Part shown: positions 30,173-40,479 of the stretch, piece by piece | Layout of the letters: every line of letters begins with the position of its first letter | Position numbering within the stretch: the first letter of the stretch is position 1 | From: an uncultured Chryseobacterium sp. | Lineage (GTDB): Bacteria; Bacteroidota; Bacteroidia; UBA10329 | NCBI GenBank assembly: GCA_964500205.1 | Contig: CAZCNS010000012.1 | Location: 5,626 to 69,625, forward strand | Length of the DNA stretch: 64,000 bases | Direction: 5' to 3' | Notes under the pieces: generated by a model | Databases searched by the model: none | What the model was told of the DNA's origin: nothing | What the model saw: only the letters and a program-made list of their open reading frames with translations | Made by a program: the position numbers and the translations under genes

Positions 30173-33100
30173 TCAATCACCCTCAAACCCCACCACCAGA
30201 TCATCCGCCTCCACCAGCGTTCCCGCTTCCAGCACCGTTTTCCGTATCACACCATCGGAAGGCGCGGTCACGGTCGTCTCCATCTTCATGGCCTCGATGA
30301 CGAACAGCGGCTGGTTCTGCTTCACCTTCTGACCCTCCTTCACCAGCACGCTGCTGAGCATCCCCTGTAGCGGTGCGCCCACGTGGAGCGGGTTGCTGCG
30401 GTCGGCCTTCACGTGCTCTTTGCGCACGATGTTGAGGCTGCGGTCGGTCACCTTGATGTTGCGCGTCTGGCCGTTCACGCGGAAGAAGAGCGTCCTGCGC
30501 CCGTCCTCGTCCGCTGGGCCTATGCTCTGCAGTTCGCACACCATGTTCTTGCCCTCGCCCAGCTCGATCATCGTCTCCTCGCGCAGCTTCATGCCGAAGA
30601 AGAAGTTCTTGGTGGGCACCTTGCTCAGGTCTCCGAACTCACGCACCTTCTTCCAGTATTCCTCAAAGACCTTGGGATACATCAGGTAGCTCAGGTAGTC
30701 GGTGTATTTCACCGCACCCTCGAATTTCCGCTTGAACTCCTCGAAGCCCTCCGCGAGGTCGATGGCCGGCAGGTGGCTGTTGGGGCGGTCGGTAAAGGGT
30801 TCCTCGCCCTTGAGGATGATGCGCTGCAGATCCTGCGGGAAACCGCCCACGGGCTGGCCCAGATGGCCCTTGAAGAACTCCACCACGCTCTCGGGGAAGC
30901 TGATGGTCGCGCCCCGCTCCATCACGTCCTGCACCGTGAGGCCGTTGCTGACAAGGAACAGCGACATATCGCCCACCACCTTGCTCGATGGCGTCACCTT
31001 CACCACGTCACCGAACAGCGCGTTCACCTCCGCGAACATCAGTTTGATGTCCTCAAACTTCTCCGCCAGGCCCAGCGCGTAGGCCTGCGGCTTGAGGTTG
31101 CTGTACTGCCCGCCAGGGATCTCGTGCTCGAACACGCTGGCCGTGCTGGCCTTCATGCCGCTCTCGAACGGATAATAGAGGTCGCGCACATTCTCCCAGT
31201 AGTTGGAGAAGCGGTTGAGGCTCTTGACATCCATAGGGTTCTCGCGTTCCTGGAAGCGCATCATCTCCACAATGCTGTTGAAGTTGGGCTGCGAGGTGAG
31301 GCCGCTCATGCTCGCCAGCGACACATCCACCACATCGACTCCCGCCTCGATGGCCTTGAGGTAGGTGGCGGCCTGCAGCCCGCTGGTGTCGTGCGTGTGC
31401 AGGTGGATGGGAATGCGCACCGTGGCCTTTAGCGCGCTGACGAGTTCCGAGGCCGCGTAGGGTTTCAGCAGGCCCGCCATGTCTTTGATGGCGATGATGT
31501 GGCTGCCCGCGTTCTCCAGGTCCTTAGCCAGCTGCACGTAGTATTCCAGCGTGTATTTGCTGCGCGATGGGTCGAGGATGTCGCCCGTGTAGCAGATGGT
31601 GCCCTCTGCTATGGCCTCGGTGCGGTTGCGCACATGGCCGATGCAAGGGGCGAGGCCCTTCATCCAGTTCAGCGAGTCGAAGATGCGGAAGATGTCCACG
31701 CCCGTCTCCCATGATTTCTCCACGAATTCGGCCACCACATTGTCGGGATACGCCTTGTAGCCCACACCGTTGCTGCCACGGATGAGCATTTGGAGCAGTG
31801 AGTTGGGGATGGCCTTGCGGAGCTGTGCCAGTCGGTCCCACGGATCCTCATGCAGGAATCGCAGGGCCACATCGAAGGTGGCACCGCCCCACACTTCATG
31901 GCTGAATATCTCGGGATGATGCTTCGCGTAACTCTCGGCCACAGCCAGCATGTCGAAGCTGCGCATGCGCGTTGCGAGTAGACTCTGGTGGGCATCGCGC
32001 ATGGTGGTATCAGTGTAGTGCACCACCTTTTCTTTCAGCAGCCAATCGCAGAAACGCTCAGGCCCCTGCTCGTTCAGCAGGTCTTTTGTACCCTTCGGGA
32101 ATGGCGCGTAACGGCCGAATTCGGGCACTACTGGCCGCACGAACTTCCTGTCGTGGTCGATGACCTTCACATCGGGATTGCCGTTCACCGTCACCTCGCC
32201 CAGATACTTGGCGATGCGCGTGGCACGATCACGTCCCTTCACCCATTTGAAAAGCTCAGGGTGCTCTGCGATGAAATTCACCGTGGCATTGCCCGATTTG
32301 AAAACGGGGTGGTTGACGATGTTCTCCAAGAACCGCATGTTGGTCTTCACCCCACGGATGCGGTACTCCTGCAGGCAGCGGGTCATCTTGCGGGCGGCCC
32401 CGTCCAGCGTGCGCGAGTGGGCGCAGACCTTCACCAACAATGAATCGAAGAATGGGCTGATGCGCACCCCGCTGTAGATGCTGCCGGGGTCGAGGCGGAT
32501 GCCGAAACCCTCCGCTGCGCGGTAGGCGATGATGGTGCCGTGGTCGGGCTTGAAGTCGTTCTCAGGATCTTCGGCCGTGATGCGGCATTGGATGGCGAAT
32601 CCGTTGACGCTGATGGCACTCTGGTCGGGGATGGCGATCTCGTCCTCGTCAAGTCGGTAGCCCATCGCGATGCGGATCTGCAGCTTCACGATGTCGATGC
32701 CAGTCACCATCTCCGTCACCGTGTGCTCCACCTGGATGCGGGGGTTCACTTCGATGAAATAGATGCTGCCATCCGCATCCACAAGGAATTCGACCGTACC
32801 CACGTTGTTATAGTTCACCGCCTTCGTGATGGCGATGGCGTGGTCGAAAAGCTGCTGTCGCACGGTGTCGTCCAGCCCTTTGGCAGGGGCCACTTCCACC
32901 ACTTTTTGAAACCTGCGCTGCACCGAGCAGTCGCGCTCGTGCAGGTGGACGATGTTGCCGTGGTTGTCAGCCACGATCTGCACCTCGATGTGTCGCGGAT
33001 TCTCGATGTATTTCTCAAGAAAAACAGTGTCATCTCCAAAGGAACGGGACGCTTCGCGCTTGGCCTCGTTGAAGGAGTTCTCCAACGATTGGCCGTCACG

Positions 33101-33619
33101 GATGACGCGCATCCCGCGTCCGCCACCGCCCGATGCGGCCTTCAGCATCACTGGGAAACCGATACGCTCGGCCTCTTTCAGCGCAATGGCGGCATCGGTG
33201 AGTAGCACATCGCTGCTCTGGATGATGGGTACATTGCATTGCTGCGCCACGAGTTTGGCGGCCACCTTGTCGCCCAATTGGGCCATCACCTCTGGCTCAG
33301 GGCCGATGAAGATGATGCCGTTATCCTTGCATTTCTGAGCGAAGTCCTTGTTCTCGGAGAGGAAACCGTAGCCAGGGTGGATGGCGTCAACGTTCTTCTG
33401 CCGTGCCAGCATGATGATCTCGTCCATGTCGAGGTATGGGTGCAGCGGCTCGTTCTCCTTGCCCAGCTGGTAGCTTTCATCGGCCTTGTAGCGGTGCAGC
33501 GAGTAGCGATCCTCATAGGTATAGACGGCCACAGTGCGCAGCTTAAGTTCCACACAGGCACGCAGGATGCGGATGGCGATCTCGCCCCGGTTGGCGACAA
33601 GGACCTTTCTGATCTTCAT
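30173..33619 (-). CDS. pyc: Pyruvate carboxylase, single-chain (BC + CT + biotinyl domains)
   Basis: Biotin carboxylase N-terminus (KVLVANRGEIAIR), carboxyltransferase (TTMRDAHQSL; HTHDTSG), biotinyl motif EAMKMET. Confidence 0.95.
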   Translation of the reverse strand: MKIRKVLVANRGEIAIRILRACVELKLRTVAVYTYEDRYSLHRYKADESYQLGKENEPLHPYLDMDEIIMLARQKNVDAIHPGYGFLSENKDFAQKCKDNGIIFIGPEPEVMAQLGDKVAAKLVAQQCNVPIIQSSDVLLTDAAIALKEAERIGFPVMLKAASGGGGRGMRVIRDGQSLENSFNEAKREASRSFGDDTVFLEKYIENPRHIEVQIVADNHGNIVHLHERDCSVQRRFQKVVEVAPAKGLDDTVRQQLFDHAIAITKAVNYNNVGTVEFLVDADGSIYFIEVNPRIQVEHTVTEMVTGIDIVKLQIRIAMGYRLDEDEIAIPDQSAISVNGFAIQCRITAEDPENDFKPDHGTIIAYRAAEGFGIRLDPGSIYSGVRISPFFDSLLVKVCAHSRTLDGAARKMTRCLQEYRIRGVKTNMRFLENIVNHPVFKSGNATVNFIAEHPELFKWVKGRDRATRIAKYLGEVTVNGNPDVKVIDHDRKFVRPVVPEFGRYAPFPKGTKDLLNEQGPERFCDWLLKEKVVHYTDTTMRDAHQSLLATRMRSFDMLAVAESYAKHHPEIFSHEVWGGATFDVALRFLHEDPWDRLAQLRKAIPNSLLQMLIRGSNGVGYKAYPDNVVAEFVEKSWETGVDIFRIFDSLNWMKGLAPCIGHVRNRTEAIAEGTICYTGDILDPSRSKYTLEYYVQLAKDLENAGSHIIAIKDMAGLLKPYAASELVSALKATVRIPIHLHTHDTSGLQAATYLKAIEAGVDVVDVSLASMSGLTSQPNFNSIVEMMRFQERENPMDVKSLNRFSNYWENVRDLYYPFESGMKASTASVFEHEIPGGQYSNLKPQAYALGLAEKFEDIKLMFAEVNALFGDVVKVTPSSKVVGDMSLFLVSNGLTVQDVMERGATISFPESVVEFFKGHLGQPVGGFPQDLQRIILKGEEPFTDRPNSHLPAIDLAEGFEEFKRKFEGAVKYTDYLSYLMYPKVFEEYWKKVREFGDLSKVPTKNFFFGMKLREETMIELGEGKNMVCELQSIGPADEDGRRTLFFRVNGQTRNIKVTDRSLNIVRKEHVKADRSNPLHVGAPLQGMLSSVLVKEGQKVKQNQPLFVIEAMKMETTVTAPSDGVIRKTVLEAGTLVEADDLVVGFEGD

Positions 33620-33743
33620 TTTTGAGAGGTTTATATAGAACTCTAAAAATAGAATGGCGCCCCGCAGATGGGTAACGGCAGGGTAGGGGATTGTTCACAG
33701 AGGATCAACAGTCATTCAGTGTTGACCTTCCTGAAATAGTTAC

Positions 33744-33781
33744 CAAAAAGAAACCCTGCTTGAAAGGCTCAAGCAGGGTTT
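33744..33781 (-). terminator. Rho-independent terminator of the nqr operon
   Basis: AAACCCTGCTTGA-gcctt-TCAAGCAGGGTTT on the minus strand, followed by CTTTTTGG. Confidence 0.75.
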
Positions 33782-33804
33782 ATTTGGGTTAGAGGCATTA
33801 TCGA

Positions 33805-35124
33805 TTAACCTCCGAAGTCATCAAACGAGACGTTTTCATTGGGAACACCCCAGTCATCACACATTTTGAGCACGGCCTGATTCATCATTGGAGGGCCACA
33901 GAAATAGAATTCGATGTCCTCCGGGCTGTCATGATGCTTGAGGTACTGTTCAATTACAGCATTGTGAACGAATCCCACGAAACCATCTGGTTCTGTGTCA
34001 TGAATGTCTTTTTTTACCGTCCAGTTGTCCTCAGGCTTGGCATCGGAAAGCACCATGTAGAACTTGAAGTTCGGGAATTGGGCCTCAATCTCACGGAAGT
34101 AATGGATGTAAAACAGTTCTGCCCGCGAACGGCCGCCATACCAGTAGGTCACCTTGCGTCCAGTTTTGAGGGTCTTGAACAGGTGGTAGATGTGCGACCT
34201 CATGGGTGCCATACCTGCACCACCACCGATGTAAAGCATTTCCGCCTCGGTTTCTTTAATAAAGAATTCACCGTAGGGACCTGATATAACAGCCTTATCG
34301 CCAGGTTTAAGATTGAAGATGTAGGATGACGCAATACCAGGATTGATGTCAGCCCACTTATTGTTGGCACGGTCAAATGGCGGTGCGGCCACACGCACGT
34401 TGAGCATGATGTGACGTCCTTCTGCAGGGTAAGAGGCCATGGAGTAGGCACGTACCACTTCCTCATCGTTCTTCATCACCAGACCGCGCATTGCGAACGG
34501 ACCCTCACTCCAGTCCTTTTCAAACTTGTCAGGCTCGCCAGGGTGGTCTTTGGGGTGTGCCGAGATATCCATGTCTGAGAACTTCACCACGCACTTCGGG
34601 ATCTTGATCTGGATGTATCCTCCGGCTTCATAGTGCATCTCCTCTGGGATCTCCACAACGAACTCTTTGATGTAAGTGGCCACGTTGTAGTTGGAGACCA
34701 CCACCGCTTCCCATTCTTTGATACCGAAGATCTCTTCCGGAATGCCGATCTTCATATCCTGCTTGACCTTCACCTGACAACCTAATCTCCAGTTGTCCTT
34801 GATCTCCTTCCTACTGAAGTACGGGACTTCCGTTGGGAGAATCTCACCACCTCCTTCGAATACCTGACACTTACACATGGCGCAGGTTCCGCCACCGCCA
34901 CAAGCGGATGGAAGAAAGATCTTGTTGTTGCCAAGGGTGGAGAGAATGGTGCCTCCTGACTCCACCTCTATTTCATCCTGCCCATTGATAACGAGCTTTA
35001 CAGGGCCAGATGGAGATAGCTTGGATTTCGCGAAGAGCAAGATGGCCACCAACAGCAGTACCATCACAAGGAAGGCGATGACGCTGAAGATGATGATGGT
35101 AGGATTGACGCTTAGTAGTACCAT
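33805..35124 (-). CDS. nqrF: Na+-translocating NADH:quinone reductase subunit F
   Basis: N-terminal TM helix, 2Fe-2S motif SACGGGGTCAMCKC, FAD motif RAYSMASYP, NAD domain GGGAGMAP. Confidence 0.95.
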   Translation of the reverse strand: MVLLSVNPTIIIFSVIAFLVMVLLLVAILLFAKSKLSPSGPVKLVINGQDEIEVESGGTILSTLGNNKIFLPSACGGGGTCAMCKCQVFEGGGEILPTEVPYFSRKEIKDNWRLGCQVKVKQDMKIGIPEEIFGIKEWEAVVVSNYNVATYIKEFVVEIPEEMHYEAGGYIQIKIPKCVVKFSDMDISAHPKDHPGEPDKFEKDWSEGPFAMRGLVMKNDEEVVRAYSMASYPAEGRHIMLNVRVAAPPFDRANNKWADINPGIASSYIFNLKPGDKAVISGPYGEFFIKETEAEMLYIGGGAGMAPMRSHIYHLFKTLKTGRKVTYWYGGRSRAELFYIHYFREIEAQFPNFKFYMVLSDAKPEDNWTVKKDIHDTEPDGFVGFVHNAVIEQYLKHHDSPEDIEFYFCGPPMMNQAVLKMCDDWGVPNENVSFDDFGG

Positions 35125-35179
35125 TGCTTTGGATTGAATGATGTCAGTTGTAGCGGACGCCTTTGAGTCTTGCTCTCTT

Positions 35180-35794
35180 TCAGAGCTCGATGCCCATGAA
35201 GCTCATGAAACCGATGCCCATCAGCCCGGTGATGATGAACGTGATACCAAGACCTCTCAAGGGCGCGGGAACGGATGAATAACGGATTTTCTCACGGATT
35301 GCTGCGATGGCGACAATGGCGAGAAACCAACCCACACCGCTACCCAGTCCGAACACAGTAGCTTCGGCAATGTTCGCGTACTGCCTCTCCTGCATGAACA
35401 GCGACCCACCGAGGATGGCGCAGTTTACAGCGATCAGTGGCAGGAAGATGCCCAACGAAGCGTAGAGTGCAGGGGCGAATTTCTCAACGGTCATCTCCAC
35501 GAGTTGAACCATTGATGCAATAATGGCGATGAACATGATGAAGCTCAGGAAGCTCAGGTCAAGGCTGGCATATTGTGGGCTTACCCATGATAGCGCCCCT
35601 TCCTTCAGTACATAGTTCTCAAGAAGGTAGTTCACGGGCACAGTGAATCCGAGTACAAAGATCACCGCGAGACCAAGGCCAACACCGGTCTTCACCGTCT
35701 TGGAGACCGCTAGGTAAGAGCACATGCCGAGGAAATAGGCAAAAATCATGTTCTCGATGAAGATGCCCTTGACAAAAATGTTTACATATTCCAT
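35180..35794 (-). CDS. nqrE: Na+-NQR subunit E
   Basis: ATG 35794 ([31 protein letters not shown]). The 31-codon extension in the ORF track is rejected. Confidence 0.95.
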   Translation of the reverse strand: MEYVNIFVKGIFIENMIFAYFLGMCSYLAVSKTVKTGVGLGLAVIFVLGFTVPVNYLLENYVLKEGALSWVSPQYASLDLSFLSFIMFIAIIASMVQLVEMTVEKFAPALYASLGIFLPLIAVNCAILGGSLFMQERQYANIAEATVFGLGSGVGWFLAIVAIAAIREKIRYSSVPAPLRGLGITFIITGLMGIGFMSFMGIEL

Positions 35795-35841
35795 GGTAAG
35801 ACTTTGTTTCTCAGGAGATGAACAGTGATTATAAATGCAGA

Positions 35842-36546
35842 TCAGTTGGCTTCTACAAGCGAAGTGTTCCGTGACCGCTGAACCCAAATGATGACCCCGA
35901 CAACGATGAGTGCCATCGGTGGCAGGATCATCAGTCCGTTATCCACGTATCCGAGTGCGTAGAGTCCGGTTGACTCCGCGAGGATATCTCCGTTTGCTGT
36001 CAACGCACCGGCCTTCTGACCGAGCACGGGGAAGCCCCATAGCGTTCCAGAACCGAGCAGCTCGCGGAAGAAGGACACGATAATGAGGATAAGACCGTAG
36101 GATAAGCCATTGCCTACACCGTCAAGGAAAGCTGGCCAAGGTTTGTTTCCAAGAGCGAAAGCCTCCAATCGGCCCATGATGATGCAATTGGTGATGATAA
36201 GTCCAACGAAGACCGACAAGGCCTTGCTCACATCATAGACGTACGCCTTCAGCACCTGGTCTACCAGAATAACTAGTGACGCCACAATTACCAGCTGCAC
36301 GATGATACGGATACGGTTAGGCACCAGATTACGGATGAGTGACACAAGGACGTTGCCTGCTGCCAATACGAATAGCACTGACAGGGTCATCACTACAGCC
36401 TGTTTCAGCTGCACGGTGATGGCAAGGGCAGAGCAGATGCCGAGTACCTGCACGGTGATCGGGTTGCTGTCGTCAAGCGGATTGGTGATGAGTTCCTTGT
36501 TCTTCTTGGAGAACAATGGTTCAGATGCTGTTGCTGTTGCGCTCAT
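35842..36546 (-). CDS. nqrD: Na+-NQR subunit D
   Basis: [17 protein letters not shown] and [12 protein letters not shown] are conserved NqrD/RnfE motifs. Confidence 0.95.
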   Translation of the reverse strand: MSATATASEPLFSKKNKELITNPLDDSNPITVQVLGICSALAITVQLKQAVVMTLSVLFVLAAGNVLVSLIRNLVPNRIRIIVQLVIVASLVILVDQVLKAYVYDVSKALSVFVGLIITNCIIMGRLEAFALGNKPWPAFLDGVGNGLSYGLILIIVSFFRELLGSGTLWGFPVLGQKAGALTANGDILAESTGLYALGYVDNGLMILPPMALIVVGVIIWVQRSRNTSLVEAN

Positions 36547-36605
36547 TTCCTTATTGTGATAAAATGAAACCGGGGTTAGTCCTGTTCAGGCTGAAGTGGG
36601 GGAGG

Positions 36606-37490
36606 TCAAACGTTTTCCTCTTCAATGATCTGTTCGCTTTCCTCCTCGACCTGATTCTCCATGTCTTCCTCGTACTCTTCTTTCTCAACATCAAAGGGCA
36701 TGGTGCTGCTCATTGAAGCAAAGAAAGGAGCGTAGATCTGCAGCGTGCGCTGAAGCATTTCGGTCACCCCGTTGCTTGTGATGGTGCCGCCACTTATGGC
36801 ATCAACCCCATGCACACTACCTTGAGCACCGCCTTTCATGACCGTTATACCCTTGAATTCACCATTGCTGTCCATCAGTTGCTTGCCAATGAACGGACGT
36901 TGAAATGACGCCTGATTTATTTCCGCTCCAAGACCCGGAGTCTCGGTCTTATGGTCGAAGCTTGCACCAAGCACGGTGCTTCCATCTTCACCCACAGCCA
37001 CATATCCCCAGATAGGCCCCCACAGTCCGGTTCCTACCATGGGAATCACGAATGCGATATCGCCTTTTGCAGTTTCCATCTTATAGAGTGGAAAGGACGC
37101 ACCCATTTCAGTCAGTTCAGCTCGCATCTCATCCCAGTTCCAGCTTGCCATCCCTGTACGATTTCGGGAATAAGCCTTAGACAGACCGCCACGGTAGTCT
37201 TTTTGAACATCCACCGAGAAGGCACCGTCATTGTCCTCAGAGACTACCTCGCCCTTGCCGTTGAGCACATAACCCTTCTTCAGCTTTGCATCGTAGGTGG
37301 TTTGGGCGTCATCGGCTGTAACGCTGAAGCCGACAGACGTAAGGATGTTCTGCTTCTTCTCGATGGCGACATTTGCCTTCTGCCTGTCCTTCAGACTTTC
37401 CGAAGCGAAAGCGAGAATACTCGCCACAACAATCACCATTACGGCAGCAAAGCCGAATGTGTATTTGTTACTGTTTACGTCAATAGCCAT
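36606..37490 (-). CDS. nqrC: Na+-NQR subunit C with an acidic C-terminal extension
   Basis: N-terminal TM helix. Covalent-FMN site VDAISGGTITS. About 35 extra E/D-rich C-terminal residues. Confidence 0.9.
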   Translation of the reverse strand: MAIDVNSNKYTFGFAAVMVIVVASILAFASESLKDRQKANVAIEKKQNILTSVGFSVTADDAQTTYDAKLKKGYVLNGKGEVVSEDNDGAFSVDVQKDYRGGLSKAYSRNRTGMASWNWDEMRAELTEMGASFPLYKMETAKGDIAFVIPMVGTGLWGPIWGYVAVGEDGSTVLGASFDHKTETPGLGAEINQASFQRPFIGKQLMDSNGEFKGITVMKGGAQGSVHGVDAISGGTITSNGVTEMLQRTLQIYAPFFASMSSTMPFDVEKEEYEEDMENQVEEESEQIIEEENV

Positions 37491-37558
37491 CTTGATGATG
37501 ATGAATTACAGATGAGTGAGTTGAGTCTGTGCGATGGTTCAGCTTGATGCGTCCGTTT

Positions 37559-38743
37559 TCAGGCAGCTACAGCTGTGCGTTTCAGTCTACGATTGATGTT
37601 TGCCTCTACCACGTAGTGGTCTATCAGCGGAGCCATGATGTTCATGAACAGAATGGCGAGCATGATGCCTTCAGGGTAGGCAGGGTTGAAAACACGGATT
37701 ATTATGGCAAGCAGTCCGATAAGGAATCCATAGATGTACTTGCCCGTGTTGGTCTGCGCGGCTGTAACGGGGTCTGTGGCCATGAATACTACCCCGAAGG
37801 CAAATCCGCCAACAATGAGGTGTTGCCACCAAGGGAATGCCATCAAAGCACCTCCGATGCCTGCATCAGAGAGGCTGTTGAAAATCAGACCCATGACCGC
37901 ACCGCCCACGACCGCACTCAACATCACACGCCAGCTTCCAATTCCGGTCCAAAGAAGAATGAATGCACCGATGAGGATCGCAAATGTGCTGGTCTCACCT
38001 ATTGATCCGGGAATGAATCCGAGGAACATGTCCTGTGCCGTGTAGGCCAGTTCGGCAGAGCCGCTCTTAACAGCGGACAGGTCTCCGAGGATGGTCGCAC
38101 CGCTGATGGCATCGTTACTGATACCGCCATGCACCCATATCTTATCACCGCTCATGTAGGTAGGATAAGCGAAGAACAGGAATGCACGCGCGGTTAAGGC
38201 CACGTTGACGATGTTCATGCCTGTTCCACCGAAGACCTCCTTGCCGAAAACAACAGCAAATGCAGTAGCCACGGCCACCATCCATAGTGGTATGTCGACA
38301 GGGAGAACAAGCGGTATGAGCATTCCGGTGACCAGGAAACCCTCTTCCACCGAGTGTCCTTTCTTCATGGCAAAGCCGAACTCGATGCCAAGGCCCACGG
38401 CATAGCTCACCACCACGATAGGCAGAACATTCCATGCACCGATGGCAAGCATGTCCATCAAGGTGGCAGTGTCCAGCTCGCCCAGTGCACGGAAATGCTG
38501 ATATCCAGCATTGTACAGCCCAAAGAGCAGGCAAGGGATCATTGCCATGATGACGGTGCTCATGGTCCGCTTCAGGTCGATGCCATCTTTGATATGTGTT
38601 CCCTTAGATGTTACCTCTTTAGGCGTGAACATGAGGGTCTCAAAGGCATCGATGGCCACAAGGAAACTACCGTACTTCTCGTACTTGCCTCCTTTTTCAA
38701 ACGGCTCCTTCACTGAATGGAAGAAATTCTCAAGAAATTTCAT
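37559..38743 (-). CDS. nqrB: Na+-NQR subunit B
   Basis: Polytopic. Covalent-FMN site DAISGATILG. Conserved YPEGIMLAILFMN. Confidence 0.95.
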   Translation of the reverse strand: MKFLENFFHSVKEPFEKGGKYEKYGSFLVAIDAFETLMFTPKEVTSKGTHIKDGIDLKRTMSTVIMAMIPCLLFGLYNAGYQHFRALGELDTATLMDMLAIGAWNVLPIVVVSYAVGLGIEFGFAMKKGHSVEEGFLVTGMLIPLVLPVDIPLWMVAVATAFAVVFGKEVFGGTGMNIVNVALTARAFLFFAYPTYMSGDKIWVHGGISNDAISGATILGDLSAVKSGSAELAYTAQDMFLGFIPGSIGETSTFAILIGAFILLWTGIGSWRVMLSAVVGGAVMGLIFNSLSDAGIGGALMAFPWWQHLIVGGFAFGVVFMATDPVTAAQTNTGKYIYGFLIGLLAIIIRVFNPAYPEGIMLAILFMNIMAPLIDHYVVEANINRRLKRTAVAA

Positions 38744-38844
38744 AATCTATGCTTCTATTAAGGCGTGAGACGAGGGAAGTGCTTCTCTCAACCTCTGACT
38801 GGTGCCGGTGACCTTAAACTTTCAACTTTGAACGTAAACCTTTA

Positions 38845-40206
38845 CTATCCGCACTCTTTCTCGATGAGCGTCAGACCGTCACGGATGATCTGCTGCACCG
38901 GGCTCTTCGATGTGCATACGTACTCGCAAAGCGCGAAGTCTTCTTCAACAACCTCATAGATGCCGAGGTTCTCCATGAGCTCAATGTCACCGATAAGAAT
39001 GGCCTTCACCAAATGCTGAGGAAGGATGTCCATCGGCACCACGTTCTCGTATTCGCCCGTGGTTACATAGGCTCTTCGCTCCCCGTTAGTGTTGGTGTCC
39101 AGCGCGTACTTCTTGCTCGGCATGAGCCAAGAGAAATAGCTGCGATTGGCCGAATGCTTGTTCAAGCCGGCACTTGCCCAACCCTCTGTGACGAAGAACT
39201 TAGGATGGTCGCCCTCCGGTATCACGGTGACGCTGTTGTGGTAGAAACCCAGATACCCCCCCTCGCCTGCATTCGACCCGGTGAGGACATCTCCACTGAT
39301 GAAGCGCAGGTTGCCACCCTTCACATTGCCTTTGGTGATGGAAGATATGGTTGCGCCTTGCACCGTTTTGAAGTACTTGGCTGCCGCCACTTCAGAGCCA
39401 GCGAGGGCCACGATGCGGCTCGCATCATATTTACCAGATGTGAATGAACGTCCAATCAGGGCGACATCATCAGCGTTCACAGTCCAAACCACCTCGCCCT
39501 TGCTTACTGGACTGATGTGATGGATCTGTACGCCAACGTTGCCAGCAGGGTGGGGGCCTTTGAATTTGTGAATCTGAACCCCTTTGGCATTTTTCAGCAC
39601 CTCTGAGGTGGTGTGGTCACTGTGCAGGCTCAGGTGAACTTTGCCAGTAGTCAGTTTGCCGAGAATGGTCAGGCCGGCCTGAAAGTCCTTCTCCCGACCA
39701 TGCAGCACATAATCGAGGTCGGCTGCCAAGGGAGCACTGTTGAAACCGGAAATGAAGATGGCCTTCGGCTTGTCATCAGGGCGAGCAGGGGTGCCATACG
39801 GCCTTCTCGTAACGAACGCGAGCAGGCACTGGTCCAACATTCGCTTCAGAACCTGTTCACTGCTCATTGAAGCAGGGTTGGCAGGGGCGAACTCCGCATG
39901 ACGCGTCTCCTTGTCCGCAAGTATCTTGACACCCAGAATCTTCCGTTTATCACCACGGAGAATCTCTATCACTTCTCCACTTACGGGAGACGCCACTTTC
40001 AGGTCGGGATAATCCTTGCTGAAGAAGAGCGGGGCCCCTGCGAGCACTTCATCTCCCTGCTTCACAAGCATCTTCGGGGTGAGATTTTTAAAGTCGGAGG
40101 GTGCTATTTGAAAGGTCTCCGAGCGTGCCGCTGTGGCGGTCACTTTCTCGGCCTCGCCCAACAAGGGAATGTCGAGGCCACGCTTGATACTGATGTCGTT
40201 TGACAT
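38845..40206 (-). CDS. nqrA: Na+-NQR subunit A
   Basis: ATG 40206 (MSNDISIKRGLDIPLLGEAEK, the typical NqrA start). The 28-codon extension in the ORF track is rejected. Confidence 0.9.
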   Translation of the reverse strand: MSNDISIKRGLDIPLLGEAEKVTATAARSETFQIAPSDFKNLTPKMLVKQGDEVLAGAPLFFSKDYPDLKVASPVSGEVIEILRGDKRKILGVKILADKETRHAEFAPANPASMSSEQVLKRMLDQCLLAFVTRRPYGTPARPDDKPKAIFISGFNSAPLAADLDYVLHGREKDFQAGLTILGKLTTGKVHLSLHSDHTTSEVLKNAKGVQIHKFKGPHPAGNVGVQIHHISPVSKGEVVWTVNADDVALIGRSFTSGKYDASRIVALAGSEVAAAKYFKTVQGATISSITKGNVKGGNLRFISGDVLTGSNAGEGGYLGFYHNSVTVIPEGDHPKFFVTEGWASAGLNKHSANRSYFSWLMPSKKYALDTNTNGERRAYVTTGEYENVVPMDILPQHLVKAILIGDIELMENLGIYEVVEEDFALCEYVCTSKSPVQQIIRDGLTLIEKECG

Positions 40207-40243
40207 AGTTGTTATCGGGATATCGGTCCTGAAAAATCGCGGG

Positions 40244-40251
40244 CAAAAATA
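40244..40251 (-). promoter_or_regulatory. Candidate Bacteroidota sigma-A -7 box for the nqr operon
   Basis: The minus strand reads TATTTTTG, an exact TAnnTTTG consensus, about 37 nt upstream of the nqrA ATG. It is a single motif match only. Confidence 0.25.
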
Positions 40252-40375
40252 GCAGAAAGCCAATGCCCCGTTGGGATCGTGGCTGACCAATCTAATTTAG
40301 AACTAATCTAAATAGAGGCGAGTGTTTGGCGGACTACAAGTATTTGTGCATCAGGGTATTGATGTTGTTTTTTGA

Positions 40376-40470
40376 TTACCTGCTCAGATACAGGTTCCGC
40401 TCCGAGTACATCTCTGGAAGAACTCGTCCTGAAAATCGTCTATGAAGCGGATGGCATCTCTGTCTTGAAA
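40376..40470 (-). pseudogene. Displaced, frameshifted copy of the carB 3' end
   Basis: ACCTGCTCAGATACAGGTTCC is identical to 40920-40940. It encodes AIRFIDDFQDEFFQ against EAIRFIDDLQDEFFQ in carB. A 1-nt deletion relative to carB shifts the frame before the end. Confidence 0.75.
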
Positions 40471-40479
40471 CCGGATATC

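Noticed and set aside
35180-35887. Long N-terminal extensions in the ORF track for nqrE, nqrA (to 40290), carB (to 43992), purE (from 21567), CCP (from 5072), the serine hydrolase (to 5125) and others
   Set aside because: Internal ATGs reproduce the canonical family N-termini or proper signal/lipobox peptides. The extensions overlap neighbouring genes or promoters.
40290-40330. AT-rich near-palindromes TCTAATTTAGA / TCTAAATAGA upstream of nqrA
   Set aside because: Low-complexity AT-rich sequence. Palindromes of this length are expected by chance in such a stretch.
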